Shown here: positions 1 to 11,767 of the stretch, piece after piece
Layout of the letters: the number at the start of each line of letters is the position of its first letter
How positions within the stretch are numbered: position 1 is the first letter of the stretch
The notes under the pieces: generated by a model
What the model saw: only the letters and a program-made list of their open reading frames with translations
Told to the model about the DNA's origin: nothing
Database searches by the model: none
DNA from: Eledone cirrhosa
Lineage: Eukaryota
DNA length: 64,000 bases
Assembly (NCBI GenBank): GCA_964016885.1
Contig: OZ024749.1
Location: 23,312,001-23,376,000 of the forward strand
Direction: 5' to 3'
Program-made: the position numbers and the translations under genes

Positions 1-1853
1 ACCTCTTTGCTAGCACCTTGGCCAAAATCTGTAACTCTGTATTTAGCAGAGTTATGGGCCTGAAGTTACTTATTTCGTCCCCCTTGTTCTCGTCCTTCCT
101 CACTAGCGTGACTACGCCCTTGGTCACAGTACAGGGAATTCTCCCGTTCTGTTGCCAGTTGCAGTAGACCGCCTCGAGGAGATCGGGGAACAAGTCCGGC
201 ATAGCTAGATATAATTCGTAAGGAAGACCATCGAGACCCGGGGATTTGCGTTTGCCGCATTGACTCAGCACGTCCTCTATCTCAGCGGCCGAAATCGGCT
301 CCTCGCAGGACTTCTCCTCCCTGTCCGAGAGGCGCGGCAGGCCGTCGAGGTATGGACCGAAGTCCACGTTCCCAACCGGCTCCCCGCCCCTCCCGAACAG
401 TCGGGCAAAGTGCCTTTGAAAGGCCTCACACATCTGCTTAGGCTCAAGAATCGCCCGTCCATCCAGGTCTCGCAAAGACCGGATGGTGGATTTAGTTCCA
501 CTGTTGGCCTCTGTCACGCGGGCCCAGCTAACAGCTTTGGTCCCCTCGTTCCCTAGAGCACGTATTTTACTTCGGACAACGCAGCCTTCGTGCTTCGCGT
601 CGAAAAACTGGCTCAAAGCCGTTCTCGACGCTAGCACTCTGGCCACGTCGCCGCTTCTAATTGCCTCTTCTACTCTATCTATTAGCTCCCTTTCCTTCCT
701 ATTCCTATCCGCAGCTAGAACCTTACTAAATTCTATCGAGACTACTCTAATCTCTCTCTTTAGAGATACCCACCACCTGCTGTTGACGATCGCTCCAGTC
801 AACCGTTCCTTAACTAACGTACTAATCCGATTCCTGTAGGCTCTACTTGCCGGCAAAGACAAGTTGAGCTTCCAGTAACCGGGGCCCTGTCTATGAGTTC
901 TGTCAAGGTTGACCATGCAGGTCACTAATTTGTGGTCTGAATAGCCAACCATGCGCATTTTTGGACAACTTAAAAAGTCCTTATCCTTAATTCTAACTAA
1001 GAACCTATCTAGGTACGACCTAGATGATCCGCTACGATTTGCCCAAGTCCAGGTTGGCGCAGTCGGAAAATCTAGTCGATATCTATCGGCCAGGTCAAAT
1101 CGACCGATTAACCCTTTGAGGCTATTACACCCCTCTCTATCGGGGCAGGCCCCTACGTAGTCCCAGCGTGCATCTAGGATACCATTCCAGTCCCCCACTA
1201 ATAGCAAGGAGCGGGACGTCCCTAGAAAAGTCTCCAGACGATGGAAGAAGTCCGGCCGCATTGACCCGAAAGGGCCGTAGGCGGCTACCAACCTAAACGC
1301 TCCGCCTTTACCACTGCCAAGGTCCAGAACCACTAGTCGACCCTCCGGGTCCAAATGTACCATCTGTGTTGCGAGACCCAGATGTTTTTGCAGCAGAACG
1401 ACAACTCCACCCCCACCTCCGGGCTGACAGAGAGATGCGTGCATCTCAAAGTCATCAAAGGTGGGGGCCAGCTGTCGCACGTTGCTGATCCGGGCCTCGC
1501 AAATAACCATCACATCTATACGTTGTGACCTGAGGTCATTTAGAAGCATTGCTTGCTTCCAAGTTGAGCCCAGGCCACGCGCATTTAAACAGCCTACTCT
1601 TAGCATAGCCATGTTGGTGGTGAAGAGAAAAGGCACTTACCTCTCTGCGTCCCGGGTATCGGGCTGCACAATTTCCATTAGGGTGGGGGATGGGTTGTTG
1701 GGTGGGGTGGTGGTTTGTGGAAGTGTGGGGGCATCAGTGTGTTGTGTGGTTGGGGAGCTTGGAGTTGTGAGGGTGTTTGGGGAGGGGGTGGGATAGTTTT
1801 TTAGGAGGACGCGGTTAATGGGCCCGACGCAGGGGGGACCCACGTCCTCTTTT
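1..1853 (-). mobile_element. Tx1-clade (L1 group) non-LTR retrotransposon, 5'-truncated within ORF1, runs off the left edge; 5' junction in (TATC)n
   Basis: Minus strand reads an ORF1 C-terminus (KEDVGPPCVGPINRVLLK, like EKDVGNSCVKPLNRVLLK at ~4580), then an ORF2 homologous to 4878.. and 45145..; abuts (GATA)n at 1854-1876. Confidence 0.93.
2..1612 (-). CDS. Tx1 ORF2 N-terminal half: APE endonuclease plus start of RT (partial, open to the window edge)
   Basis: ATG at 1612; MAMLRVGCLNARGLG..ICEARI..GDWNGILD..SYLDRF..YSDHK..PGYWKLN..KSPGLDGLP..NFRPITLLNTE..ILAKVLAKR, same frame at both ends; missing from the ORF track because it has no stop inside the window. Confidence 0.9.
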   Translation of the reverse strand, partial: MAMLRVGCLNARGLGSTWKQAMLLNDLRSQRIDVMVICEARISNVRQLAPTFDDFEMHASLCQPGGGGGVVVLLQKHLGLATQMVHLDPEGRLVVLDLGSGKGGAFRLVAAYGPFGSMRPDFFHRLETFLGTSRSLLLVGDWNGILDARWDYVGACPDREGCNSLKGLIGRFDLADRYRLDFPTAPTWTWANRSGSSRSYLDRFLVRIKDKDFLSCPKMRMVGYSDHKLVTCMVNLDRTHRQGPGYWKLNLSLPASRAYRNRISTLVKERLTGAIVNSRWWVSLKREIRVVSIEFSKVLAADRNRKERELIDRVEEAIRSGDVARVLASRTALSQFFDAKHEGCVVRSKIRALGNEGTKAVSWARVTEANSGTKSTIRSLRDLDGRAILEPKQMCEAFQRHFARLFGRGGEPVGNVDFGPYLDGLPRLSDREEKSCEEPISAAEIEDVLSQCGKRKSPGLDGLPYELYLAMPDLFPDLLEAVYCNWQQNGRIPCTVTKGVVTLVRKDENKGDEISNFRPITLLNTELQILAKVLAKR

Positions 1854-1898
1854 ATAGATAGATAGATAGATAGATATATATATATATATATATATATA

Positions 1899-2117
1899 AG
1901 AGGAATTCCAACTTTGTCTGATTTACTCGTTTTATTTTCGATACTTTAAAATTTATAATGGTATTATCATGAAATAGTATGATAGAATATTAAATGTTAA
2001 GTGTTAATTGAACAAGTACTTTCATGCTTTCGCAATCTTCAGGTTCATAATTTGTGGTGACAGTCAAGTTTGCAAATTCAACTGCAGTTGAAAATTGCAA
2101 ACTTGACTGTCACCACA
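1899..2117 (-). mobile_element. Penelope-like element pLTR fragment with hammerhead motif and 5' fold-back
   Basis: Minimal hammerhead at 2009-2047, near-perfect palindrome at 2053-2117, AT-rich tail ending in (TA)n at ~1898. Confidence 0.6.
2009..2047 (-). ncRNA. Minimal type-I hammerhead ribozyme (copy 1)
   Basis: Minus: UGAAC CUGAAGA UUGC-GAAA-GCAU GAAA GUAC UU GUUCA; 5-bp stem I, GNRA-capped stem II, palindromic stem III. Confidence 0.8.
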
Positions 2118-2121
2118 CCTT

Positions 2122-2630
2122 GAGAATGGCCCGAGTGAATGGGCCTTCTCTCTATATCAGCCTGTATGTTGAGGAAAAGGAGGAGGAGAGGAAAGGAGTA
2201 CAAAGAGTTTGTACTCCTTTCCTCTTCTCCTCCTTGTTAATTGAACAAGTACTTTCATGCTTTCGCAATCTTCAGGTTCATAATGTGTGGTGACAGTCAA
2301 GTTTGCAAATTCAACTGTAGTTGAAAATTGCAAACTTGACTGTCACCACACCTTGAGAATGGCCCAAATGAATGGGCCTTCTCTCTATATCAGCCTGTAG
2401 GTTGAGGAAATGGAGGAGGAGAGGAAAGGAGTACAAACTCTTTGTACTCCTGGAGATGTGGGTTGCACATTTTTTTTTCGGCGGTATGTGTTACCCATAT
2501 GAACTGTCTCCCTCTATTGGGGAAAATCGACTAACTTTTTAAATTCCATTTGTGATAACATTTTACACGTTTTTATTGTATGTAAACTTCCCCCTTTGTA
2601 TTTGTCCCCTTCTGTTGTGCCCTGTAGAAA
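2122..2630 (+). mobile_element. Tx1 3'-end fragments (2122-2235 and 2355-2630) interleaved with a duplicated pLTR piece
   Basis: GAGAATGGCCCGAGTGAATGGGCC.. (RMARVNGPSLYISL) and 3' UTR match 7520-7790; ends in (TATC)n at 2633-2664. Confidence 0.88.
2242..2280 (-). ncRNA. Minimal type-I hammerhead ribozyme (copy 2, identical, 233 bp away)
   Basis: Same sequence as 2009-2047, inside a tandem duplication. Confidence 0.8.
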
Positions 2631-2881
2631 TATATCTATCTATCTATCTATCTATCTCTCTATCAGACGTGTGTAACTTCGCGGAGAAGTTTCCGTTAAT
2701 TTATGTAAGAAAAAAACGTGAGATTTTAGTTAAATTTTATATCATTGTGTAACATGACGCCCCGTCTGAACCTTCAGGTGCTGGGTCAACTCATTTTCGC
2801 CCCTACAAGGGCGGAATATCCATTTGAAATTTTTTTCTCCATCGAATCTTGGAAAAAATATTGTAAAATTTTGATTACGTT

Positions 2882-4844
2882 ATGAATGCTGCGGCCAACG
2901 ATAATGGTGGTGGAGAGGCGGTAAGACTACAAAGCTCGCAGTCCACAACGTCTTCTTCACTAGATACTATAGAGATGGAAAGACGAAATGAAAATGTAAA
3001 AACGAATTCATATTCAAACAACACAAATGACTCCAAACAATTCAAATACAATAAAAATAACAGCAACACCAATAATGATGATAAAAGCAACAATGATAAC
3101 AACAACAAAGAAAAAAATAAAGACAACACCAATAACACCAGCATCAAAGACAACAACACCACCAAGGAAAATACGGATAATACCAACATCCGTGACAACA
3201 AGATTAACAACAAGAATAACAACAATAATGACAACACCACCAATACAGATTTCACAAAGAAACCAAAAATCTCCTTTGCAGAGAAAGTTAAAAAGGAAGA
3301 ATTGATATATCTCGACATAACAAATGCTGAACAACTTTTAAAGGACGCTAGGAGATATGTCAGTTTCGAAAGAAATGGTGCTTTCAGCATCAATTCTCCG
3401 GTAGAAATTCGCAAGGAAACTGCTCTCAAAACGATAGTTTTTAGGACAGTTTCCAATTCTTCCCGAAAACCAGTCCAATTGTCACAGAAAGAAATTGAAC
3501 TGGTTTTCAAAACTTCAATGAATGATATTGCATTCATTCAAAGAAGCAAACTTTTTGGGAGTATTTCGGTACTCATGAAGGATCAATTGACGGCCCAAAA
3601 TTACTCTGTGTCGCCAATTGTATCCAACCTGTACACCTTTTTCCCTACATACATGGGAAAAAGGACACAAAAGATCAGAATCACGAGTGTCACACCAAAG
3701 GTGAACATATGGTGGATACTGTGCGGCTTCATCAATTTTGAAGACAGAATACTGTCAGTAGGAATGTCCCCCAGAGATGTATTCAATGGGACTAGCATTG
3801 AAGTTCTGGTGCAAATGAGCCCAGAGCGAATAGCTATGATCACACAACGTGTACTCCTGGACGGACTCACCTACATAAACTTTTCGGTTGAGGGTAGGCG
3901 GCCTTCATGTTACCATTGCTTTAGCAGGGGTCACCTGAGGGCTTCCCGTCCTAAATTAATGAATAAAAAAAGGCTCTTCTGCCGACACCCATTAAAACAA
4001 CACAACCACCAACACCACCACAACAACAACAACACCAACTCACAAAAATAACCACAACAAACACAATCCCACCCAACCCCACTCCACCTAAAACCACTGC
4101 AAAATCACATACAGGCAGAACAGCTCCCCAAGACATACCCCTCCCCAATCACACAGACGATACAACAGATGAGGCTATCTCGCCATCACCCAGGGAAGAC
4201 GAGGGAGAACCCCATCGCTCGAAAAGAAAGAAAAGACATCACAAAAGCAAAAAACCAGCAAACACTACCACACACATACAACCACCAACACAAATAACAA
4301 AAACATCACAAACAAAACCCCCACCTCCTGAAAACAAATTACCTACAACAAAACGAAAGCACACATAAGAACTACAGACAAAAACAAACACAACACAAGA
4401 AAACTACACTTACACTTACATAAACACTGAAAACAAAACACTAATGGAGACCATCACGAACGACCCTTCGGGGAAAACCGAATGGAAAATTTCGCCCTCT
4501 CTATTAAAAATAGCAAAAAACTGAACCTAAAACTGATTAGGGTCCCTATACAAACTTATAGGTCCCTAAAAGAAACATTTGAGAAGGATGTGGGGAATTC
4601 CTGCGTGAAACCACTCAACCGCGTCCTTCTCAAATGTCTCCCCACTCCAGACACCCCCATCCCACCAGACACCACCCCACCAAACATCTGCGTCCCCACC
4701 CCAAACACCCCCATCCCACCAGACCCCACCCCACCAAACATATGCGTCCCCACCCCGCCGGAAACCACCACCCATCCAGACAACCCCTCCAACACCCCCA
4801 TGGAAATCGTGCGGCCTGGTCCCCAGGAGACGAAGGGTGAGTGA
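2882..4844 (+). pseudogene. Tx1 ORF1 (gag-like, CCHC knuckle), frameshifted
   Basis: ORFs 2882-4051 and 4482-4844; SVEGRRPSCYHCFSRGHLRASR (last Cys changed to Arg) aligns with SVEGKRPKCFRCGSKTHLRAFC of 45181-47280. Confidence 0.88.
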
Positions 4845-4877
4845 TCTCTTTTCCTCTTTTAACTTTTCAGCACCAAC

Positions 4878-7565
4878 ATGGCCAATATAAGAGTTGGATA
4901 TGTGAACGTACGCGGCCTGGGGATGCCCTGGAAACAGGGCAATCTCTTAAACGACCTCAGGTCGCACAGTATGGATGTGGTAGCCATTTGCGAGTCCAGG
5001 ATCCACAGCGAGCGACAGCTGGCCCCCATCTTCGATGACTTTGAGATCTACGCATCTCTCTGTCAACCGGGGGGTGGGGGCGGAGTTGCCGTTTTGCTGC
5101 GGAAACACCTGGGCCTCGTAACACAGACGGTACATCTGGACTCGGAGGGTCGACTGGTGGTACTAAACGTTGACGGTAGTGAAGGTGGAGCCTTCAGGCT
5201 GGTGGCCGCATATGCCCCATCCGGGACACCGCGGCCAGACTTCTTCAAACGTCTAGAGACTTTTCTGGGAACGTCCCGCTCCTTGCTTTTAGTGGGGGAC
5301 TGGAATGGAATCCTAGATGCACGTTGGGACTATGTGGGAGCATGTCCCGATAAAGGGGGGTGTAACAGCCTCAAACAGTTAATCGACCGATTTGACCTGG
5401 CCGATAGATATCGACTAGATTTTCCGACTGCGCCACTGTGGACGTGGAGTAATAGTAGCGGAACATCTAGATCGTACCTAGATAGGGTTCTAGTTAGAAA
5501 TAAGGAAAGGGACATGTTAAGCTGTCCACAAATGTTCATGGTTGCCTATTCAGATCACAAACTAGTGACCTGCATGGCCAACCTTGATAGAACCCATAGA
5601 CAAGGACCCGGCTACTGGAAGCTGAAATTGTCGTTACCGACAAGCAAAGCCTACAGTAGATGGTTTAGCACTTTAGTAAAACAGCACTTGACAGGGGCCA
5701 TTGTCAACAACAGATGGTGGTACTCTCTCAAGAGGGCAGTTAGATTAGACTCGATAGTTTTTAGTAAAGAATTAGCGTTAGATAGAAATAGAACCGAGAA
5801 GGAACTGGTAGATAAAGTAGAAGAGGCAATTAGAAGTGGTAACGTAGCCAGCGTGCTAGCAACGAGAACGGCCTTGGACCAGTTCTTCGACGCAAAGCAC
5901 GAGGGCTGCGTTGTCAGAAGCAAAATACGTGCTCTGGGAAATGAGGGAGCCAAAGCTGTTAGCTGGGCCCGAATGACGGAGGCAAAAAGTGGCAACAAGT
6001 CAACGATTCGGTCTTTGAAGGACCAAAACGGACGCGTGATACGTGAGCCGAAGCAGATGTGTGCGGCTTTTCAGCGGCACTTTGCTCAACTGTTCGGGGG
6101 GGGGGGGCTATGGATTTCGGTCCATACCTCGACGGTCTACCGCGACTCTCGGGCAGCGAGGCAAAGTTCTGCGAAAAGCCGATTTCAGCCACTGAGATAG
6201 GGGACGCGCTGAGACAATGCGGCAAACGCAAATCTCCAGGTCTCGACGGTCTACCCTACGTATTTTACGTAGCAATGCCGGACTTATTTTCCGGTCTCCT
6301 GGAAGCCGTCTACTGCAACTGGCAAGTCCATCGGTTTGCAACTCGGATCGTGGAGAGGCAAACCGATGCCTTTCGATGGCGTCGTCGGACGCTGGACGGA
6401 AGGAGCGGTAAAGCTGCTTGGGGTCTGGTTTGGTCCGGATCTCCAGGTGGAGAAGAACTGGAACGAAGTGACGGCCAAGGTGTTTGCACTCACCCAGAAG
6501 TGGGCCGAGTGCAAACTATCCTTGAAAGGTCGAGCGGAGGTGGAGAACACTTTTATAGCGTCCGCCATCTACTACCGCTTCACCGTCGTGCCTTGTCCAG
6601 CCAAAACGCTCGCCAAAATGGAGCGCGCGCTCTTCCGATTCCTTTGGAAGAGGCGGGCTCCTTTAGTGAGAAGATCCATCTGCTGCCAACACCCTTCTAA
6701 CGGAAGGTTGGGGATGCCGTGGTTAACGATGCGCAAACACGCGCTCAGGCTGCGGCATCTCTACGTATTCCTCACCGGACAACCGGTGTGGGCCCCGTTC
6801 GTGAGGCGAGCCTTCCCACGACTCGTCTCGCTGACCGAGCTGCAGTCCTGGGTCATCGAATGTGCTCAGGCGCTCACAGCCCTCTGGTAGGCGGACCCGG
6901 CGATCAGTGGAGACTCCACTTCGTCATTCTATAGAGGGTTGATCCGCAGCAAGTGAGACGACGCGCTCGGTGAAACTCTAGGCGTAGAGGAAGATGAACT
7001 GGCCAGTCTGTTCGGTAGGACCTTCCACCCGGAACCGATGGACAACTTCCAAAAGTCCCTGGCCTGGCAGTGCTACCGAGGAGCTCTACCAGTTCGAGAC
7101 AAGCTCTACAGACATGGGCGCCCGGGAAGGGACCCTGCAAAAAAGATCTGTCCGAGGTGCGTGTGAGACGAAGAAACCGTCGCGCACGCATTCATACACT
7201 GCTCGGGCGTCACTGACCTGTGGGGCTATGTAGAACGACTATTGTCGCGGGTGGGACCAATCCGGTTGACCACCGAGTCCATTGTCATGATCAAACCGCC
7301 ACCCTCCTTCAAAAACGAAGGAGAGGCGGTTTTCCTTTGTGTGATAGCTATGGCGAAAGAGGTTGTTTGGTGGACAAGGTTGAAAGGGCTGAGGTCAGAC
7401 ACATTTCTCTCCGGCCAACAACTGATTCTTTTTTTCAAATACCACTTTGGAAGGAGAATCAGGATGGAGAGAGAGGTGCTGTACCCCAGCAAGTTTTATG
7501 AATGGTGGGTGAAAGTGGCGAGAATGGCCCGAGTGAATGGGCCTTCTCTCTATATCAGCCTGTAG
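4878..7565 (+). pseudogene. Tx1 ORF2: APE intact, RT core deleted, frameshifts and stops
   Basis: APE motifs NVRGL, CESR, GDWN, YLDR, SDH; frameshift at the G-run ~6096; YCNWQ joined directly to SIGLQLGSW at ~6326; stops at ~6888 and ~6955; C-terminal CPRC..H...C. Confidence 0.92.
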
Positions 7566-8319
7566 GTTGAGGAAAAGGAGGAGGAGAGGAAGAGAGTACA
7601 AACTCTTCGTACTCCTGGAGATAAGGGTTGCACATTTCTTCGGGGGTATGTATTACCCATATAAACTGTCTCCCCCTATTGGGGAAAATCGACTAACTTT
7701 TTAAGTGGCATTTGTGATAACATTTTACACGTTTTTATTGTATGTAAACTTCCCCCTTTGTATTTGTCCCCTTCTTTTGTGCCCCTGTGGCTAATAAAGA
7801 AATCTATCTATCTATCTACCTATCTATCTATCTATATATATATATATGCATATCAATGTTTGTGTATTTAGCAGCTCTGTGTACGTGTATACTATAAATC
7901 AATAGACAACATGACTTTTAAGCACTTTCCTGTTTTTTCCATTTATATTTCCTTAGTCAAAATATATATATTTAATAGTTGGAATAAAATGTTCACTAAC
8001 GTATCTCGCCTTTCCCTCACCAGCTATCTGGTATGGTTTTCTTTTCTAAGAAACATTTACCAGAATATTCTTCTAGAAAGACACGATCCCATGAGCTACC
8101 TGCCACGTATTGGCCAATTATCGTTAACCTTATATTTATTTATTAACCACAGAGTATGATGGTATGTAAAGTCACTTTTCATATCAGAAGACGTGATAAT
8201 ATAATATTTGGCTTTATTTCAATTTGATATTTCACTGCAGTCGTAATTGCAGTGACATTTATCAAATTTATAATTGTGTTTGTTAAGGGAAACAGGTTTC
8301 CCAGCCAGTCATTACCATT

Positions 8320-9360
8320 TTTGTTGTTGTTGCTGTTGTTATTTTGATGTTGTTGTTGTTGTTGTTGTTGTTATGGTTGTTGCTGTTGTTGCTGTTGTTG
8401 CTGTTGGTGCTGTTGTTGTAGCTGTTGTTGCTGTTGTTGTAGCTGTTGTTGCTGTTGTTGCTGTTGTTGTTGACGTTGTTGTTGCTGTTGTCGTTGCTGT
8501 TGCTGTTGTTGCTGTTGCTGTTATTGTTGCTGTTGTTGTTGCTGTTGTTGCTGTTGTTGTTGATGTTGCTGTTTTTGTTGTTGTTGCTGTTGTTGTTGAT
8601 GTTGTTGTTGTTGATGTTGCTGTTGTGCTGTTGTCGTTGCTGTTTTTGTTGTTGCTGTTCTTGTTGATGTTGTTGTTGCTGTTATTGTTGTTGATGTTGT
8701 CGTTGCTGTTGTTGTTGTTGATGTTGTTGCTGTTCGTGTTGATGTTGTTGTTGTTGATGTTGTTGCTGTTCGTGTTGTTGCTGTTGTTGTTGCTGTTGCT
8801 GTTGTTGTTGCTGTTGCTGTTGTTGCTGTTGTTGCTGCTGTTGTTGTTGTTGTAGTTGTTATTGTTGTTGCTATTTAGCTGTTGTTGTGGTTGTTGCTGT
8901 TTTGTTGTTGCTGTTGTTGTTGTTGCTGTTGTTGTTGTTGCTGTTGTTGTTGTTGGTGTTGTTGTTGCTGTTGTTGTTGTTGCTGTTGTTGCTGTTGATG
9001 TTGTTGCTGTTGTTGTTGTTGTTGCTGTTGTTATTGCTGTTGTTGTCGTTGATGTTGTTGCTGCTGCTGTTGCTGTTGTTGTTGTTGATGTTGTTGTTGC
9101 TGTTGTTGTTGTTGATGTTGTTGCTGTTGTTGTTGCTGTTGTTGCTGCTGTTGTTGTTGCTGTTGTTGCTGCTGTTGTTGTTGCTGTTGATGTTGTTGCT
9201 GTTGTTGTTGCTGTTGCTGTTGTTGCTGTTGTTGTTGCTGTTGTTGTTGCTGTTGCTGTTGTTGCTGTTGTTGCTGCTGTTGCTGTTGTTGCTGTTGTTG
9301 CTGCTGCTCTTGCTGTTTTTGTTGTTGATGTTGTTGCTGTTGTTATTGCTCTTGTTGTTC
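8320..9360. repeat. Imperfect (GTT/GCT/GAT)n trinucleotide tract
   Basis: Direct reading. Confidence 0.95.
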
Positions 9361-9485
9361 CTGTCTGTGCGGTCGTTGCTGTCTTTTTCCTGCGGTTGCT
9401 GCTCTTGTGTTGATGTTGATAGGTCGATATTATGCTGCTGTTGTTCTTATTTATTTGCTGCTGTTGTGCTGTTGTTGTTCTAGAT

Positions 9486-9871
9486 CAGTGGTGTGCAACA
9501 TATTCCATTGGCGGGCCACTTTTGAACATTGGAACAACTATTAGGGACATTAATATTTATTAAGCACTAAAATAAAGTACCAGTAATGCACTGTGTAATT
9601 GCAGGGCTTGTGTGAAAAGTAGAAACCATTAATATTTATTAAGCACTATTCCAAAGATTCACCACAACTTCTTTCCATAACATGGAACTGGGAAATTATA
9701 ACACTTAACCCTATCAGTGAAGGCCTTTAGTGTAGGTCAACTAACAGAAAATTGTATTAAGGTTACGAAACAAATTCTATATAAGCCTACAGGGTAAAAA
9801 TAAAAAAAAAACGGTCATCGCAAGACACTCTGACTGGTCTGGAGGGCCGGATCGCCTGTTGCACGCCCTCG
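9486..9871. mobile_element. Non-autonomous hAT (Charlie/Buster-like) MITE
   Basis: Imperfect TIRs CAGTGGTGTGCAAC / GTTGCACGCCCTCG; perfect 8-bp TSD TTCTAGAT (9478-9485, 9872-9879); subterminal GCGGGCC/GAGGGCCG motifs; SINE-like fragment at ~9570-9630. Confidence 0.85.
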
Positions 9872-10654
9872 TTCTAGATGTGTTATCTGCTGTTGAGAAT
9901 TTAGCTTCTGCTGTTCTTGCTGATGTTGGCCTTGCTATCACATGCTTATTCTTGTTATATTTTGTTGTTTTTGTTGTTTTTGTTGTTGTTGTTCTGGCCT
10001 CTTTTAATGTGGGTCTGAAGCTTTTATTGTTGTTGTTGTTGTTGTTGTTGTCGTAAAAGTCAACTCTCAATTTTATATATTATTCTTACTACGCAATGCA
10101 ATGGGTACCCTACATAAATTGTGGTTCTTTGTCGGAGAAACATCCACACACTCTCACTCTCATTTGCACACCCATACATATATACACACAGACTAAAGCA
10201 CACACACTTGCCCTTATATACATACACACACACACATACACACACATAAACGTAGATACAAACATGCATACAATTTTATTAAAAATATGAAGTAGATCGC
10301 TTTCCCCACATCAATTGGTTGTGGTACAGCCATCATTCGTCTTCAATTACCCTGCTAGAAAGAGCAGCCAAATTAATATCAAATTGGTCCACCCAACTCA
10401 TTACCGTTCTAAGACAGAAGGGCACAATGTATGGTTTGGCTCTGATGCATTTTATTAGGCAAAATGCTGTGGAATGGTCATGTCTGGAAGGTCTTCAAGA
10501 CGAAGATGACTTCACTCAGGTTTAAACTATTGGTAGGTAAAGTAAACAACTTTTAACTCCTGGTAGAATCGTCGGTGAAATACAGCGTACTGGGTGTCAT
10601 TATAATCCTGGCAGTTTGTACCCCTTTCTTAGTCGGCTCACAGCTTATATCTAC

Positions 10655-10801
<147 letters not shown>

Positions 10802-10957
10802 GGTAAATTCATTATCAAACTCGATACCTCGAATAGATGAAAGGCAAATGTTCATAACAACAGGATTTCGAAAGCAGTCCTGTAATCCGGAGCAAATACT
10901 GAAGCATCTTTAAACCGAAGCTCTACCGACTCCGACACACCGCCACTCTGCTTCATG

Positions 10958-11305
10958 TGCTACGTTTAGACAGCAACAAAAATAAGTTGAGGCTGCACCA
11001 CTCTTAAACCCCTTCGTCTAAGTTAAAGTTAGACATCAACAAATCAATTCAAAACTCCGTAACTCCGAAACGTCCCTCTTCCCGGTAATCTACAGTTACA
11101 CATCAATATAGATAATCTACAAATTCCACCTCCTAAGTTACGGTTAGACATCAACAAAAACAAACCACAACTCCACAACTCACCATTCCACTCTCTAAGC
11201 TACTGTTAGACAGCAACATTATAATCCAATACTTCGCCCCTCCACGAAACTACCACTCCGTCACACCACTACTCGTTCTCATCCAGTACGAATAGACAAT
11301 AACAA
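10958..11305. repeat. Degenerate minisatellite, core CTAAGTTACNGTTAGACATCAAC, ~6 units
   Basis: Core recurs at ~10958, 11018, 11086, 11134, 11195 and 11285 with variable linkers. Confidence 0.65.
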
Positions 11306-11767
11306 GAAAAGCAACAACGACGATTGATTAGTTAGTGTATCTCAACTGATAAACGATGGCTAAAAAAGAAATTATTTAGTTCTCAGTTAACTGGCCAACG
11401 TTTCGGATTTAGGTGTGTGTCCGTTTATTTTCTCATTATTTAGAGTTCCTTTCAGAAAATGTCTTCTTCATACAAAGTTGATAATCCGTAAATAATTTTA
11501 GCCATAACAACAACTTCTCCATATCGATTTTCTTCGACTGCCAAAATATTATATATTTCTTTTTGCAGGAGATGTCTGGTTTCTCTGACAATGAGAGATG
11601 ATATGAAGAATTTGGAATATTATAGCGAGACTCTGTAAATATGAGGTCATTAATGTATTTATGCCTTGCTTTGGCAGACGTTTCTATTTTTTCTCTTCGT
11701 TTTTGCTTTTTTATTTTATTTTACCTTTAACCACGAACACGGTGTGATATTTATACATGTGTCTTTG

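Larger units (their letters stand above)
2665..7804 (+). mobile_element. Tx1-clade LINE with both ends present but internally deleted, inserted in (TATC)n
   Basis: (TATC)n on both sides (2633-2664; 7805-7835); 5' UTR, ORF1, ORF2, and a 3' UTR ending GGCTAATAAAGAAATC. Confidence 0.93.

Noticed and set aside
4837-4870. 34-nt GT..AG mini-intron fusing ORF1 to ORF2
   Set aside because: Splicing would be out of frame, and the other families have no AG in the spacer
8274-9483. Long poly-Val/Leu/Ala ORFs (also 28186-29645 and 58203-58907)
   Set aside because: Translations of trinucleotide microsatellites that lack stops; no coding evidence
10958-11305. Repeat-spacer pattern resembling a CRISPR array
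   Set aside because: Repeats are degenerate, spacers are related and uneven, the context is eukaryotic and there are no cas genes
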